DNA from: Dehalococcoidia bacterium
GTDB lineage: Bacteria; Chloroflexota; Dehalococcoidia; SM23-28-2; RBG-16-64-32
Assembly: GCA_963665775.2 (NCBI GenBank)
Contig: CAXXTF010000001.1
Location: forward strand, 64,001 to 128,000
DNA: 64,000 bases
Direction of reading: 5' to 3'
The notes under the pieces are model-generated. The model ran no database searches, was not told the DNA's origin, and saw only the letters and a program-made list of their open reading frames with translations. Positions within the stretch are counted from its first letter, which is position 1, and each line of letters begins with the position of its first letter. The translations under genes and the position numbers were made by a program. Positions 52,405 through 62,490 of the stretch are shown here, one piece after another.

Positions 52405-53385
52405 TCAACCTCTCCGGATGACGCAGCGGTGTACCCTCAGGTCCTCCGCCCCTAGGTCATACTTGTACGGCTCGGCGCCCCGCAGAAAGTCGAAGCGCCG
52501 TCGGCCCTCCGCGATGGTCCGCTGCAAGGCCAGCGCCTTGGAGAGGACGCCAACGGAGAGGCCGGCGTAGGCCGGGTCATAGCCACTGTTGTAGAGGAGG
52601 AGCTCGCCCTCGGCCCGAAAACAGAGGACGCCGGCCACCCGCACCTGGTTCAGCGTGAGGAAGATCATCTCCGCCAGCCCCTCTTGGGCCATCGCCGGGA
52701 CGATACGGCGGAAGAAGTGGGTCATGCGATCCGTCATGAAAGCAGCTTTGTCCGAGCGAGCTGCGCCATGCAAGCGGAGGAAGTCGCCCAGGGCGGCGTC
52801 GATATCGGCGGGGGCCTCCAGCACATCGAGCCCTACCGGCCCACCCTGGGGCAGCTTCCGCAGCTTGCGGCGCAGCTCGTGGCGGTCCTTTCGGTTCAGC
52901 CCCTGCAGGTACCCCTCCCAGCTATCTGGCAGGCTCACCCGGGGGCAGACATCCTCCACCTCCGTCTCCAAGGAAAGCCCCAAGTCAGCGCATACGGCTG
53001 GGAGCGCCTTCAGAGTGGGGGAGTCGTCACGCAGGGCCCACAGAGCCAGCTCCTCCCATGGCTCCGCCAGCAGCGAGCGCAGGACAGCGGCCAGCACCGC
53101 CTGCTCCGCGCCGGCCAGGGCCGTGATGTCCATGTAGTCGCAGATCTCCGTATCGCCGGCGAAGCTGAGGCGCCCATCCTCGCGCATGAGGGGCGCCACG
53201 CCCACTAGCTCGTCACCGCGGCGGACCGAGAGAAGTACAGACTCGCGGCCCTCTCCGAACTCCTCCCACCAGACCCGCTGCCAGGTGGGCGAGATGAAGA
53301 CGCAAGGATAGAAGGATTGGGGCAGAACCTGCCGCCACTCCGGCTCTAGCTGGGGCAGCGCCTCTCGCTGGACGGTATAGCTCAC
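52405..53385 (-). CDS. GNAT family (Acetyltransf_6 / FemAB-like fold) protein
   Basis: CDYMD, RHELRRKLRK, LYNSGYDP, FDFLRGAEPYKYDLG. Confidence 0.85.
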   Translation of the reverse strand: MSYTVQREALPQLEPEWRQVLPQSFYPCVFISPTWQRVWWEEFGEGRESVLLSVRRGDELVGVAPLMREDGRLSFAGDTEICDYMDITALAGAEQAVLAAVLRSLLAEPWEELALWALRDDSPTLKALPAVCADLGLSLETEVEDVCPRVSLPDSWEGYLQGLNRKDRHELRRKLRKLPQGGPVGLDVLEAPADIDAALGDFLRLHGAARSDKAAFMTDRMTHFFRRIVPAMAQEGLAEMIFLTLNQVRVAGVLCFRAEGELLLYNSGYDPAYAGLSVGVLSKALALQRTIAEGRRRFDFLRGAEPYKYDLGAEDLRVHRCVIRRG

Positions 53386-53386
53386 G

Positions 53387-53965
53387 TCACTTCCCCTGCA
53401 CCAGAGCCAGGAACTCAGAGCGGGTCGCGGCGCGGCGGCGGAATCCGCCCCGGATAGCTGACGTCACCAGGAGCGTGCCCGGCTTCTGGACGCCGCGCAT
53501 CGTGATGCAGAGGTGCTCGGCTTGGATGATCACGGCCACACCGTCCGGCGACAACCCATCCATGATGCAGTCAGCGATCTGGCTCGTGAGCCGCTCCTGA
53601 AGCTGCGGGCGGCGAGCAAGGATATCGACGGCGCGGGCGATCTTGCTGGCCCCCACAATGCGCCCCTCCGGAACGTAGCCAACGTGGGCGCGGCCGTGAA
53701 ACGGGAGGAAGTGGTGCTCACACAAGGAGTAGAAGGGGATGTCCTTGAGGATCACCATCTCCTTATGGGCCTCCTGGAAGCCCGCGGCGAGCACCTCGCG
53801 CGGGTCCTGGTACAGCCCGGCCAGCAGCTCGGCGTACATGGCACCGATGCGCCGGGGCGTGTCCACCAGCCCCTCGCGGCTCGGGTCTTCCCCGATAGCC
53901 TCGAGAATCTGGCTCACCGCCTTAGCAATGCGGTCCTGATCGACGCCAGTGGTAATAGCGTTCAC
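53387..53965 (-). CDS. folE: GTP cyclohydrolase I
   Basis: SLCEHHFLPF, QLQERLT, HLCITMRG. Confidence 0.97.
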   Translation of the reverse strand: MNAITTGVDQDRIAKAVSQILEAIGEDPSREGLVDTPRRIGAMYAELLAGLYQDPREVLAAGFQEAHKEMVILKDIPFYSLCEHHFLPFHGRAHVGYVPEGRIVGASKIARAVDILARRPQLQERLTSQIADCIMDGLSPDGVAVIIQAEHLCITMRGVQKPGTLLVTSAIRGGFRRRAATRSEFLALVQGK

Positions 53966-54069
53966 TCCAGATGAACCTACGACTCTACGGAACGGACGGA
54001 TGGAGCGGGACGGTTATCAGGCTCAATTCTAACAGCGAACGGCCCCCTGGTGGAAGATGGGGGCGCCGC

Positions 54070-55131
54070 TTAGCGCAACCCAATGGCCCTCTCCACGGCC
54101 TCCTCATCGGCCGGGACCTCCGTCATCTCCGCCTCGATGCCCAGGGCGGTGTCAGGGTCCTTCAAGCCGTGTCCTGTGATAACACAGACCACAGTCTCGT
54201 CCCTCAGGTCGTGCTCCCGGGAATACTTGATCAGGCCGGCCACGGCCGCCGCTGAGGCTGGCTCCGCGAAGAGCCCCTCCTCCTGCGCCAGCAGGCGGTA
54301 GGCCTCCAGTATCTCCTCGTCGGTAACGGCACCGATCACCCCGCCCGATTCGTCGCGGGCGGCCAGGGCCCCCTGCCAGCTGGCCGGGTTCCCAATGCGG
54401 ATGGCGGAGGCGACGGTCTCCGGGTTCTCCACGCGCTCTCCGCGCACGATAGGGGCGGCGCCGCTGGCCTGCCAGCCCATCATGCGGGGTTTCTTGGTGC
54501 AGAGCTCGGCCCGGTAGTACTCAACGAAGCCGCGCCAGTAAGCGGTGATGTTGCCAGCGTTGCCCACCGGGATGAACAGCCGGTCCGGGGCGTCCCCCAG
54601 GGCATCTACGATCTCGAAGGCGGCGGTCTTCTGCCCTTCCAGGCGGTGAGGGTTGACCGAGTTCACCAGGGCCACCGCATGGTGCTCATCTATGAAGCGG
54701 GCGAGGGACAGCGCCTGGTCGAAGTTGCCGTCGATAGCCAGCACGCGGGCGCCGTGGGCGACGGCCTGGGCCAGCTTACCCTGGGCGATGTTTCCTCTAG
54801 GCACCAGCACGTACACGTCCAGGCCACAGTGGGCGGCGTAGGCTGCCGCCGAGGCGCTGGTGTTGCCGGTGGAGGCGCAGAGGACGGCCCCGCATCCCGC
54901 CTCCATGGCCTTGGCCACAGCCACCACCATCCCTCGATCCTTGAAGGAGCCGGTGGGATTGCACAGCTCCAGCTTGAAAAGCAGATCGCGACAGCGGACG
55001 CGCTCCTGGAGGCGGCGGCTGCGCACCAGTGGCGTGTCGCCTTCGCCTAAGGTGATGGACGGAGTGGCTTCGGTGATCGGGAGCCACTCCCTGTATCGGT
55101 CCAGCACGCCGACGCCGTGAGCGTCACTCAT
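54070..55131 (-). CDS. thrC: Threonine synthase
   Basis: NPTGSFKDRG, ASTGNT, PVGNAGN, TGHGLKD. Confidence 0.96.
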   Translation of the reverse strand: MSDAHGVGVLDRYREWLPITEATPSITLGEGDTPLVRSRRLQERVRCRDLLFKLELCNPTGSFKDRGMVVAVAKAMEAGCGAVLCASTGNTSASAAAYAAHCGLDVYVLVPRGNIAQGKLAQAVAHGARVLAIDGNFDQALSLARFIDEHHAVALVNSVNPHRLEGQKTAAFEIVDALGDAPDRLFIPVGNAGNITAYWRGFVEYYRAELCTKKPRMMGWQASGAAPIVRGERVENPETVASAIRIGNPASWQGALAARDESGGVIGAVTDEEILEAYRLLAQEEGLFAEPASAAAVAGLIKYSREHDLRDETVVCVITGHGLKDPDTALGIEAEMTEVPADEEAVERAIGLR

Positions 55132-56137
55132 GGCTGATGATTTCACCTTGGCTCAGCTCCTTGATCTCTTGCGCCAGGGCCTCCACCTGGCGGCGGCGCT
55201 GCCGCAGCGTGGCCTGGAAGAGGCGCTTGATCTGGCCCTTCGTCTGATCGTCCAGTTCTCGCAGCTGCTCCGTGACGAGCAGCAGCTGGGTGGCCTGGGA
55301 CTGACTCCGCTGGTCTAGCCGGGCCAGCCCTTGCACGAACTCCTCGACGCGCTCCAGCTGCTCCTCGCTGAGGCGATCGATGGCCGCCAGGCGTTCTGCC
55401 ATCTGCCCTCGCTCGAAGCTTGCCCGCTGCAGCAGCTCCCTCGCCTCCTCAGGAAAGTCGTCCGCCGCCTCCAACTGGCCCAGACGCTCTCCCTGGCGGT
55501 GGAACTGATCCTGCATAAGGTTCAACCGCTCGCTCAGGGCCTCACCCTCGCCACGTAGGGCCCCGATCTGCCCGTTGGCGCGGCCGAGCTCGTGCTCCAG
55601 GCGGGTGCCCCCCTCCAGGGCTCGCGCCGCAACAGTGGACATCTCCTGCAGATCCTGGGCCAGACCCTCGTGCGCCAGCCTCGTGCCAGCCACATCATCC
55701 TTAACATGTCGGGAGGCATCCTCCTGAGCTCGATGATGGCTCTCGTACTGGGCGCCCTGTTTGGCCAGAGCCCCCAACTGCATGGTAAAGGCAGTGAGTT
55801 CTTGTCGTTCTCGCCCGGCCTCCGCCTGACCCTGGCGGCCCATCTCCTCCACACGATTAGCCAGATCCGTCTGCCGGTCCTGCACCCGGCCGAGATGTTC
55901 TCGCACCTGGCGCAGCTCTTCTTTCAGGCTCGGCAAGGCAGCGACAGTCACGCCGGAGGCAGAGAGTGTGTCCGCCAGCCTGTGCAGATCAGATTCCAGA
56001 GACCAGACCCGCTTGAGCCCCTGCTCCAGCTCCTCTTCTACCCTCTGCAGACGGGCCTGCGGCTCCTGAAGCTCCGCCTCCGGCCGCTGAGACGGCTTTT
56101 CACTGGGCCGCTGCTTTCGGGGCTGACGCTGGGCCAC
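55124..56137 (-). CDS. Long coiled-coil hypothetical protein
   Basis: Heptad-rich E/Q/L/R ORF filling the hom-thrC gap, overlapping the thrC start. Confidence 0.75.
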   Translation of the reverse strand: MAQRQPRKQRPSEKPSQRPEAELQEPQARLQRVEEELEQGLKRVWSLESDLHRLADTLSASGVTVAALPSLKEELRQVREHLGRVQDRQTDLANRVEEMGRQGQAEAGRERQELTAFTMQLGALAKQGAQYESHHRAQEDASRHVKDDVAGTRLAHEGLAQDLQEMSTVAARALEGGTRLEHELGRANGQIGALRGEGEALSERLNLMQDQFHRQGERLGQLEAADDFPEEARELLQRASFERGQMAERLAAIDRLSEEQLERVEEFVQGLARLDQRSQSQATQLLLVTEQLRELDDQTKGQIKRLFQATLRQRRRQVEALAQEIKELSQGEIISHE

Positions 56138-56143
56138 GAGGCC

Positions 56144-57436
56144 TCAATCCTCCACTCGCAGAAGGTTGCCCACCTGACGCACTCCGGCCAGGCCATTGAT
56201 CTGGCCGATGGCGGCCTGCACCGCCGCCTCCTGCCCGGCGTGGGTCATGATCACCAGCTCCGCCGTCTGGGCCGCCTCGTCGGTCTCCTTCTGGATCACG
56301 GAGGCGATGCTTACCGCGTTGTCTCCCAAGCAGCGGGCGATACCCGCCAGCACTCCCGGCCGGTCGGATACCTCCATCCTTATGTAGTAGCGGCTGATCA
56401 GCTCTGAGACGGGCTTTACGGTCATGTCCCCAGTATACCGCCAAGGGGCGGGTCGGTTTCCCTGGACGATTGAGCGAGCCGCATCCAGGACGTCAGCCAT
56501 GATCGCCGAGGCCGTGGGCTGGGCGCCCGCCCCGGCCCCCTGGAAGAGGACTCGTCCGGTCAGGTCGCCCTCCACCTGCACCGCGTTGAGGACGCCGTCC
56601 ACCTTGGCCAGCAGCTCAGCCTCCGGCAGCAGCGCGGGGTGCACCCGCACCTGGAGGGCTCCCTCATCGCGCCGGGCTACGGCCAACAGCTTGATGACGT
56701 AACCCAGCTCACGAGCGTAGCGGAAGTCGCGGGAGTTGAGGCGGGTGATCCCCTCGCGGTACACATCCTGGGGACGCACGTGGGTATGGAAGGCCAGACT
56801 GGCCAGGATGGCCAGCTTGTAGGCGGCATCGTGCCCCTCGATGTCGTTGGCAGGGTCCGACTCGGCATAGCCCAGCTCCTGGGCTTGAGCGAGGGCGGAA
56901 CCGAAGTCGATCTCCTCGCGGCTCATGCGTGTCAGGATATAGTTGGTGGTGCCGTTGATTATGGCTCTGAGGCTGGCAACCTCGTTGGCCGAAAAGTCCC
57001 GTTTCAGGGGCGAGATGATGGGGATGCCGCCGCCCACGCTCGCCTCGTAAAGGATATCGGTTCCGGCTTCAGCCGCCAGTGCCAGCAGCTCCGGGCCGTG
57101 CTTGGCGATGACCTCCTTGTTGCCGGTCACAACGTAGTGGCCGGCGGCCAGCCCTTGCCTGATGTAGTCATAGGCCGGACGCTCGCCGCCCATCACCTCG
57201 ACGACGATGTCGCAGTCCTCGGCGAGGGCCTCCTGCGGATCGGCCGTAAGCAGGGAGCTATCCAGGGGCAGGTGCCGCTCTCTGGAGGTGTCCCTCACCA
57301 GCACCCGCCGCAGAACCACGGGGAGGCCCACCCGCTGAGAGTAGCTTTCGGCCTTCTCGACCAGGGCCCGCGCCACGCCGCTGCCCACGACGCCCAGGCC
57401 CATGAGCAGGATGTTTATCTGAGAGCGGCCGCTCAT
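56144..57436 (-). CDS. hom: Homoserine dehydrogenase with ACT domain
   Basis: GLGVVG, EASVGGGIP, NGTTNYIL, DRPGVL. Confidence 0.96.
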   Translation of the reverse strand: MSGRSQINILLMGLGVVGSGVARALVEKAESYSQRVGLPVVLRRVLVRDTSRERHLPLDSSLLTADPQEALAEDCDIVVEVMGGERPAYDYIRQGLAAGHYVVTGNKEVIAKHGPELLALAAEAGTDILYEASVGGGIPIISPLKRDFSANEVASLRAIINGTTNYILTRMSREEIDFGSALAQAQELGYAESDPANDIEGHDAAYKLAILASLAFHTHVRPQDVYREGITRLNSRDFRYARELGYVIKLLAVARRDEGALQVRVHPALLPEAELLAKVDGVLNAVQVEGDLTGRVLFQGAGAGAQPTASAIMADVLDAARSIVQGNRPAPWRYTGDMTVKPVSELISRYYIRMEVSDRPGVLAGIARCLGDNAVSIASVIQKETDEAAQTAELVIMTHAGQEAAVQAAIGQINGLAGVRQVGNLLRVED

Positions 57437-57445
57437 ACTTGCCGC

Positions 57446-58462
57446 CTAGGTAGAGTAGGCATGGTCAAATGCCCAGCTCGCCTTCTCCGCATCCTGACTG
57501 ACAAACTCCCGAATCTCCAGCTGTGTACGCTTCTCGCCCAGCCAGTCCAGAAGCGCACTGTTGGCCAGGGTAAGCCTGTGATCCGGCTCGATCTCCCGCT
57601 CCTCCTCCTTCTCCAGCACCTGGAACACCCCCACGACCGAAGATACGAGAATGGTGGTCAGACCGTCCGGCTCAAGGCCAAAGAGTGTATCCTCCACCGT
57701 CTCTGCGAGGATACCCCTGGGCACCCATCCCACGTCGCCGCCGTCAGCCGCCGTCGTCGTGTCCAGGGAAAGCTCTAGCGCCAACTCCGCAAAATCCTCC
57801 CCCTCCTCCACCCTCCGCACGATGTCGTCAGCGGTGGCCTGGTCGGCTACCAGGATGAGGCGGTAGCGGATGGACTCCGCGGAGGAGGGCACCTCCGCTT
57901 CCAGTTTCTCCCGGATCTTATCCCTCAAGACAGCGGCCTCAATCATCTGCGTGTACTGCTCCTCTGAAAAACCGCTCCGTGAGAGTTCCGCCTGAAAGCG
58001 CAGGTCAAAACCAGGGTCATCCGCTGTCGTGCCCAGGCGGACCGCCATCTCATCCCTGATCTCCGCCTCGTTGGCAGAAACGTCCATCTCGGAGGCGAAC
58101 CGGATCAGGATGGTCTCTTCCACAATCTGGTTGGTGACCGTGTTTATCGCCAGCAAGAACTGGGCTGTATTTGCCGGGATGCCTACCTGTTGACCGTGCA
58201 TCCGGAGACGGTCGCTGAAGTAGCGCAGGGTGAACTTGGTATCGTCCACCTGGACGGCGGTGGAGCCGGGCCTTCGCTGATCGGCCCAGAAGTCTGACAG
58301 GAAGGCGAAGCCGACCACAGCCAGAGCCAGGACCACCAGGGCGATGATGCCACCCATGGCATAGAGCCGGAGGTTGCGCCCCGTGAGCCGACCGGCCAGA
58401 GTGCCCCCGGAGGACTCCCAGGCAGGGGTAGGTATCCGGCGCCGACGACTCTTCCTAGGCAA
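57446..58462 (-). CDS. SurA/PrsA-like peptidyl-prolyl isomerase
   Basis: N-terminal TM; GEDFAELALELSLD..GGDVGW rotamase motif. Confidence 0.85.
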   Translation of the reverse strand: MPRKSRRRRIPTPAWESSGGTLAGRLTGRNLRLYAMGGIIALVVLALAVVGFAFLSDFWADQRRPGSTAVQVDDTKFTLRYFSDRLRMHGQQVGIPANTAQFLLAINTVTNQIVEETILIRFASEMDVSANEAEIRDEMAVRLGTTADDPGFDLRFQAELSRSGFSEEQYTQMIEAAVLRDKIREKLEAEVPSSAESIRYRLILVADQATADDIVRRVEEGEDFAELALELSLDTTTAADGGDVGWVPRGILAETVEDTLFGLEPDGLTTILVSSVVGVFQVLEKEEEREIEPDHRLTLANSALLDWLGEKRTQLEIREFVSQDAEKASWAFDHAYST

Positions 58463-58533
58463 GCGCTGAGCCCCTTACCAATGCTAGAACAGGGTGCAAC
58501 TCACCCTCTGGGGCCGGGACCCCTCGTCCCGCT

Positions 58534-59079
58534 CTAGCGGGTACGGCCGATCCCCGCACCACGTATGTGGTCTGCCGTGTACGGCAGCAAGGCCAGATGA
58601 CGGGCCCGCTTGATCGCCTGGGCAAGTGCCCTTTGATGCTTGGCGCAGCAACTGCTCTTCCGGCGGGTGTCTATGCGACCGCGCTCCGACAGATAGCGCC
58701 GCAGGAAGACCACATCCTTATAGTCCACAAATTTCATCTTGTCCACGCACATGGCACAGGCCCGACGCCTCCCGCCCCGACCCCGTCGTGGCCTCTCGCC
58801 ATCGTCCGGAGCGGTAGCCGGCCGGAACTCCCCAGACGGCGGCGATCCTCGGTCTGCAGGCAATTCCCGGACTGCCGGCGCGGCCCCGGCTGGGGGCGGC
58901 GATCCTCGGTCTGCAGGCAATTCCCGGACTGCCGGCGCGGCCCCGGCTGGGGGCGGCGACAGATCGGTCTCAGGCGATGCCGGCGCGCCCCCGGCCGGGG
59001 GCGGCGACAGTCCGGCCTCAGGCGATGCCGCCGTTAGAACTGGTTCGGCGCCCTCTTCCCTCTCCACTTCGATTGCCAT
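58534..59079 (-). CDS. rpsR: 30S ribosomal protein S18 with long repetitive N-terminal extension
   Basis: [27 protein letters not shown]. Confidence 0.95.
   Translation of the reverse strand: MAIEVEREEGAEPVLTAASPEAGLSPPPAGGAPASPETDLSPPPAGAAPAVRELPADRGSPPPAGAAPAVRELPADRGSPPSGEFRPATAPDDGERPRRGRGGRRRACAMCVDKMKFVDYKDVVFLRRYLSERGRIDTRRKSSCCAKHQRALAQAIKRARHLALLPYTADHIRGAGIGRTR
58838..59030. repeat. In-frame tandem repeats in rpsR (2x57 bp, then 48-bp variants)
   Basis: GGCGGCGA-led units start at 58838, 58895, 58952, 59000. Confidence 0.9.
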
Positions 59080-59093
59080 ACCCCCTGCCTAAC

Positions 59094-59495
59094 CTACTCG
59101 AATGGTACCTCTTCGACGTCTATCTGCTCAGGATCGCCCTGCTCCTCCGGCAGGGGCGCGCCCGGTGCCCGATCCAGAAACATTACGTGATCCGCCACCA
59201 CCTCCGTGCGATAGCGGCGCTGGCCTTCCGGGGTGTCCCAGGAGCGCGTCTGCAGGCGGCCCTCCACGTATACGCGGCGTCCCTTCTGCAGGAACTGACT
59301 ACACTGTTCGGCCAGCTTGCGCCAGGTTACAACGGAGAACCACTCCGTCTCCTCGCGACGCTCGCCATCCGGGCTGGTGATGTTTCGGCTGGCAGCTACC
59401 CGAAAGCTGGTAAGGGCATTGCCGTCCGCAGTATAGCGCATCTCGGGATCCGCACCCAGGTTCCCGATAATCATGACCTTGTTAAGACCTGCCAT
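59094..59495 (-). CDS. ssb: Single-stranded DNA-binding protein
   Basis: NKVMIIGNLGADPE, VEGRLQTRSW, acidic VPFE tail. Confidence 0.97.
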   Translation of the reverse strand: MAGLNKVMIIGNLGADPEMRYTADGNALTSFRVAASRNITSPDGERREETEWFSVVTWRKLAEQCSQFLQKGRRVYVEGRLQTRSWDTPEGQRRYRTEVVADHVMFLDRAPGAPLPEEQGDPEQIDVEEVPFE

Positions 59496-59523
59496 CTCGG
59501 CGCTCCTTCGGAACTCCCCGCTC

Positions 59524-59811
59524 TTACTCCTCGAGCCTTACAACGAGGTGCCGGATGACATCCTCTGCCAGCTCGAGGTTTCCCTCCAGAGCTCTCACCG
59601 CCTGGGGGTCCAGGCTGAACTGGGCGACCACGTAGTGACCCTCCTGGTGCCGTTGAATGGGATAGGCGAGCTTGCGTCGGCCCCAGGGATCCACCTGCCT
59701 GACCTCTCCACCTCGCTCCTGAATGAACTGCTGCACCCGCTCCACGGTGGCCGATAGGTCCTCGTCGGCCACCTCTGGGCTGACTACCATCACCAACTCG
59801 TATTCGCGCAC
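59524..59811 (-). CDS. rpsF: 30S ribosomal protein S6
   Basis: REYELVMV, WGRRKLAYPI, VIRHLVV; GTG after GAGGT. Confidence 0.96.
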   Translation of the reverse strand: MREYELVMVVSPEVADEDLSATVERVQQFIQERGGEVRQVDPWGRRKLAYPIQRHQEGHYVVAQFSLDPQAVRALEGNLELAEDVIRHLVVRLEE

Positions 59812-59890
59812 TGATACCTCACCGAATAACAAAACTAAACCCCCGCCAGGTCCAGGCCCACAATGGCCACCGCCTTCACGAGTATGGGGG

Positions 59891-59919
59891 ATTATACCAT
59901 GCAGCAAAGGCAGCAACAA
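59891..59919 (-). promoter_or_regulatory. Promoter of rpsF-ssb-rpsR
   Basis: TTGTTG-17-TATAAT with extended -10 TG. Confidence 0.6.
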
Positions 59920-59981
59920 GGCGACTCTTTCACCCACCACCGGCACGAGCGAGCGCCCGCTTTACCCCCCGCGCGATCTCC

Positions 59982-61244
59982 TTACGCCTTCACCCCTGCC
60001 CGATCGCTGATGCCGGGGGCCGGGAAGGCGGAGGCCATCTCCTCCACTTCTCGCCGCACATCCGCCATCACCTTCTCGTCCTCGTCGCCCTCCAGCACCC
60101 GCGAGATGAAGGCGGCGATAGACCTGATCTCGTCCGGGCCCATGCCACGGCTGGCGAGCCCCGGGGTGCCCAGGCGAAGCCCGCTGCCCACGGTCGGCGG
60201 CCGCTCATCGAAGGGGATCGTGTTCTTGTTAGCGTAGATCCCCACGGCGCCCAGGACCCGCTCCGCCTTGGCGCCGGAGATACCTTTGGCCCCTACGTCC
60301 ACCAGCACCAGGTGGTTGTCGGTGCCGCCGGAGACGAGGCGCCAGCCCCGGGACTGGAGCTCCTCAGCCAGGATGCGGGCATTCTCCACTACCTGCTCCT
60401 GATAGCGCACGAACTCCGGCTTGAGCGCCTCGCCGAAGCAGACAGCCTTGCCGGCCACAACGTGCATGTGAGGCCCGCCCTGAGTGCCGGGGAAGAGGGC
60501 CTTGTCGATCTTCGCGGCCAGCTCCTCCTTGCAGAGGATAAAGGCGCTGCGGGGGCCACGGAGGGTCTTATGGGTAGTGGAGGTGACGACGTGAGCGTAG
60601 GGGACGGGCGAGGGGTGCAGCCCAGCCGCCACCAGCCCTGCGATGTGAGCCATGTCCACCATCAGGTAGGCCCCCACCTCATCGGCGATCTCCCGCGCCC
60701 GGGCGAAGTCTATGAGGCGCGGGTAGGCGGTAGCGCCGACAACGATAACCTTCGGCCTGTGTTCACGGGCCAGGCGAGCCATCTCGTCGTAGTCGATTCG
60801 CTCGGTCTCCCGATCGACGCCGTAGTGCACGAAGCTGTACAGGCGAGCGGAGAAGTTCACCTTAAGGCCGTGGCTGAGGTGGCCTCCCTGATCGAGCCTC
60901 ATAGCCAGAACGGGCTCTCCCAGCTCCAGGAGGGCGAAGTAGGCGGACATGTTCGCCTCGGCACCGGAGTGAGGCTGCACGTTGGCATGCTCGGCCCCGA
61001 ATATCTGCTTCGCCCGCGAGAGGGCCAGCTCCTCCGCCTGATCCACGAACTGGCAGCCGCCGTAGTAGCGCTTCCCGGGGTAGCCCTCAGCGTACTTGTT
61101 GGAGAGGACGGAGCCCACCGCCTCCAGCACCGCCGCGCTGGTGTAGTTCTCCGAGGCGATCATCCCCAGCCCCAGCCGCTGACGCTCCTCCTCCCTGCGG
61201 ATGATGGCAGCTAATTCCGGATCGGTACGCCCCAGAACACCCAT
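59982..61244 (-). CDS. glyA: Serine hydroxymethyltransferase
   Basis: [28 protein letters not shown]. Confidence 0.98.
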   Translation of the reverse strand: MGVLGRTDPELAAIIRREEERQRLGLGMIASENYTSAAVLEAVGSVLSNKYAEGYPGKRYYGGCQFVDQAEELALSRAKQIFGAEHANVQPHSGAEANMSAYFALLELGEPVLAMRLDQGGHLSHGLKVNFSARLYSFVHYGVDRETERIDYDEMARLAREHRPKVIVVGATAYPRLIDFARAREIADEVGAYLMVDMAHIAGLVAAGLHPSPVPYAHVVTSTTHKTLRGPRSAFILCKEELAAKIDKALFPGTQGGPHMHVVAGKAVCFGEALKPEFVRYQEQVVENARILAEELQSRGWRLVSGGTDNHLVLVDVGAKGISGAKAERVLGAVGIYANKNTIPFDERPPTVGSGLRLGTPGLASRGMGPDEIRSIAAFISRVLEGDEDEKVMADVRREVEEMASAFPAPGISDRAGVKA

Positions 61245-61364
61245 GCTCTCACCCCTACTAAACGGAGAAGGCGGGACGCCGTCCCGCGAGCCGCCGGCTA
61301 ACGGCCTAGCTAGAACGCCGCTGCCTTGGTTTCGACCCCAGTGTATGTCCGGCCATAGGCGTGG

Positions 61365-62486
61365 TCAATGAGAGGCTGCCCGCTCCTGCTCCTGCTCCTG
61401 CCAGGCGAACTCGTTCAGGGCCATAAGATCACCGGAGAGCAGCGAGTGTCCGCCCAGTAGCACCGGCATCGGCGCCTCCAGCGCGGCCCGCGTGAACTCC
61501 CGCAGGAACGGCTCCTGTATCGACTGCCAGCGACCGATGTCCGACAGAAAGCGATCCGCCCTGGAGGCATCCAATCTCAGGTGCGCGAGCAGCACCCGCG
61601 TATCGATGAGAGCGGCGTCGCCCAGCTCTGCCAGGGCGCTATAGAAGCGCCCGATGCCCACCGCTTCCAGGAAAAAGCCGACCAGGGAGCGCGCCGTCCC
61701 CCCTTGCGCCCGTCCGTCCGCCTGCATCCCCCGCTCCTCGGCGAACAGCCGCACCCGACAGGCCGTCTCCCGCTCCAGATATCGCCAGGCGTGGCTCCCC
61801 ACCCGCCCGGCCACCACGACCTGCGCCCCCGGGTCGAGAAAGAGAGGCAATAGGCTGCGGTAGCGGTCCAGCTCCAGCTCCAGCCCCTGGAGATACGATC
61901 GCAGGCGGGGTCCACCCAGCCCCGTCAGATGGAGCACCGCCAGGTCCGTGGGTCCGTCGATGTCCAACAACGTCGCGATGGTGCGGGGCAAGGGCTCCAC
62001 CGTCAGTCCGGCCCCCTCCACCAGGGAACGGGATAAGGCGTTATCGCTGGCGACCACCGTGACGGTGTCCATTACCGCCCCGTTGGCCCGAAAGGCCACC
62101 ATGTCGGAAGAGAACGGATTGTTGGTCACCAGGACCCCGTCCCGCTCCAGGACCCGGGCCAGGGCCGCGAAGTCATCGCCTGTGAACAAGGGCATGCTGC
62201 CGCCGCCCAGGTAGACGACGGCATCCAGCGAATGCCCGCGCATCACCTCCGCCAGCCGGCGCCCATAGTGGAAGGGCCCTTCATTTACATCCAGGGTGAC
62301 GCCGGGCAGGTCGACGGCCCAGGTGGGGTCGTCGGTAACGAGGATGGCGCCGGCGAAGGCCCCGCTGCCCAGAGCCACCTCGATACTGTCCAGGGCCGCG
62401 GCGCGACGGGAGCCGCCAACGATCGCCTCGATGGGGCTATCGCCCAAGCCGCCCAGAAAAACGACCAGCGTGGGCTGGCGGGCCAC
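61365..62486 (-). CDS. Hypothetical protein, CofC/DUF2064-like nucleotide-diphospho-sugar transferase fold
   Basis: GGGSMPL, TNNPFSSD, LDIDGPTDL (cf. CofC DVDTPED). Confidence 0.65.
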   Translation of the reverse strand: MARQPTLVVFLGGLGDSPIEAIVGGSRRAAALDSIEVALGSGAFAGAILVTDDPTWAVDLPGVTLDVNEGPFHYGRRLAEVMRGHSLDAVVYLGGGSMPLFTGDDFAALARVLERDGVLVTNNPFSSDMVAFRANGAVMDTVTVVASDNALSRSLVEGAGLTVEPLPRTIATLLDIDGPTDLAVLHLTGLGGPRLRSYLQGLELELDRYRSLLPLFLDPGAQVVVAGRVGSHAWRYLERETACRVRLFAEERGMQADGRAQGGTARSLVGFFLEAVGIGRFYSALAELGDAALIDTRVLLAHLRLDASRADRFLSDIGRWQSIQEPFLREFTRAALEAPMPVLLGGHSLLSGDLMALNEFAWQEQEQERAASH

Positions 62487-62490
62487 CGCC

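Noticed and set aside
58838-59030. CRISPR array
   Set aside because: Contiguous in-frame repeats without unique spacers; no cas genes
61245-61364. ZTP riboswitch upstream of glyA
   Set aside because: Only a short GCGGGAC/GTCCCGC hairpin; the conserved GACUGGCG and CGCCUGGGC motifs are absent
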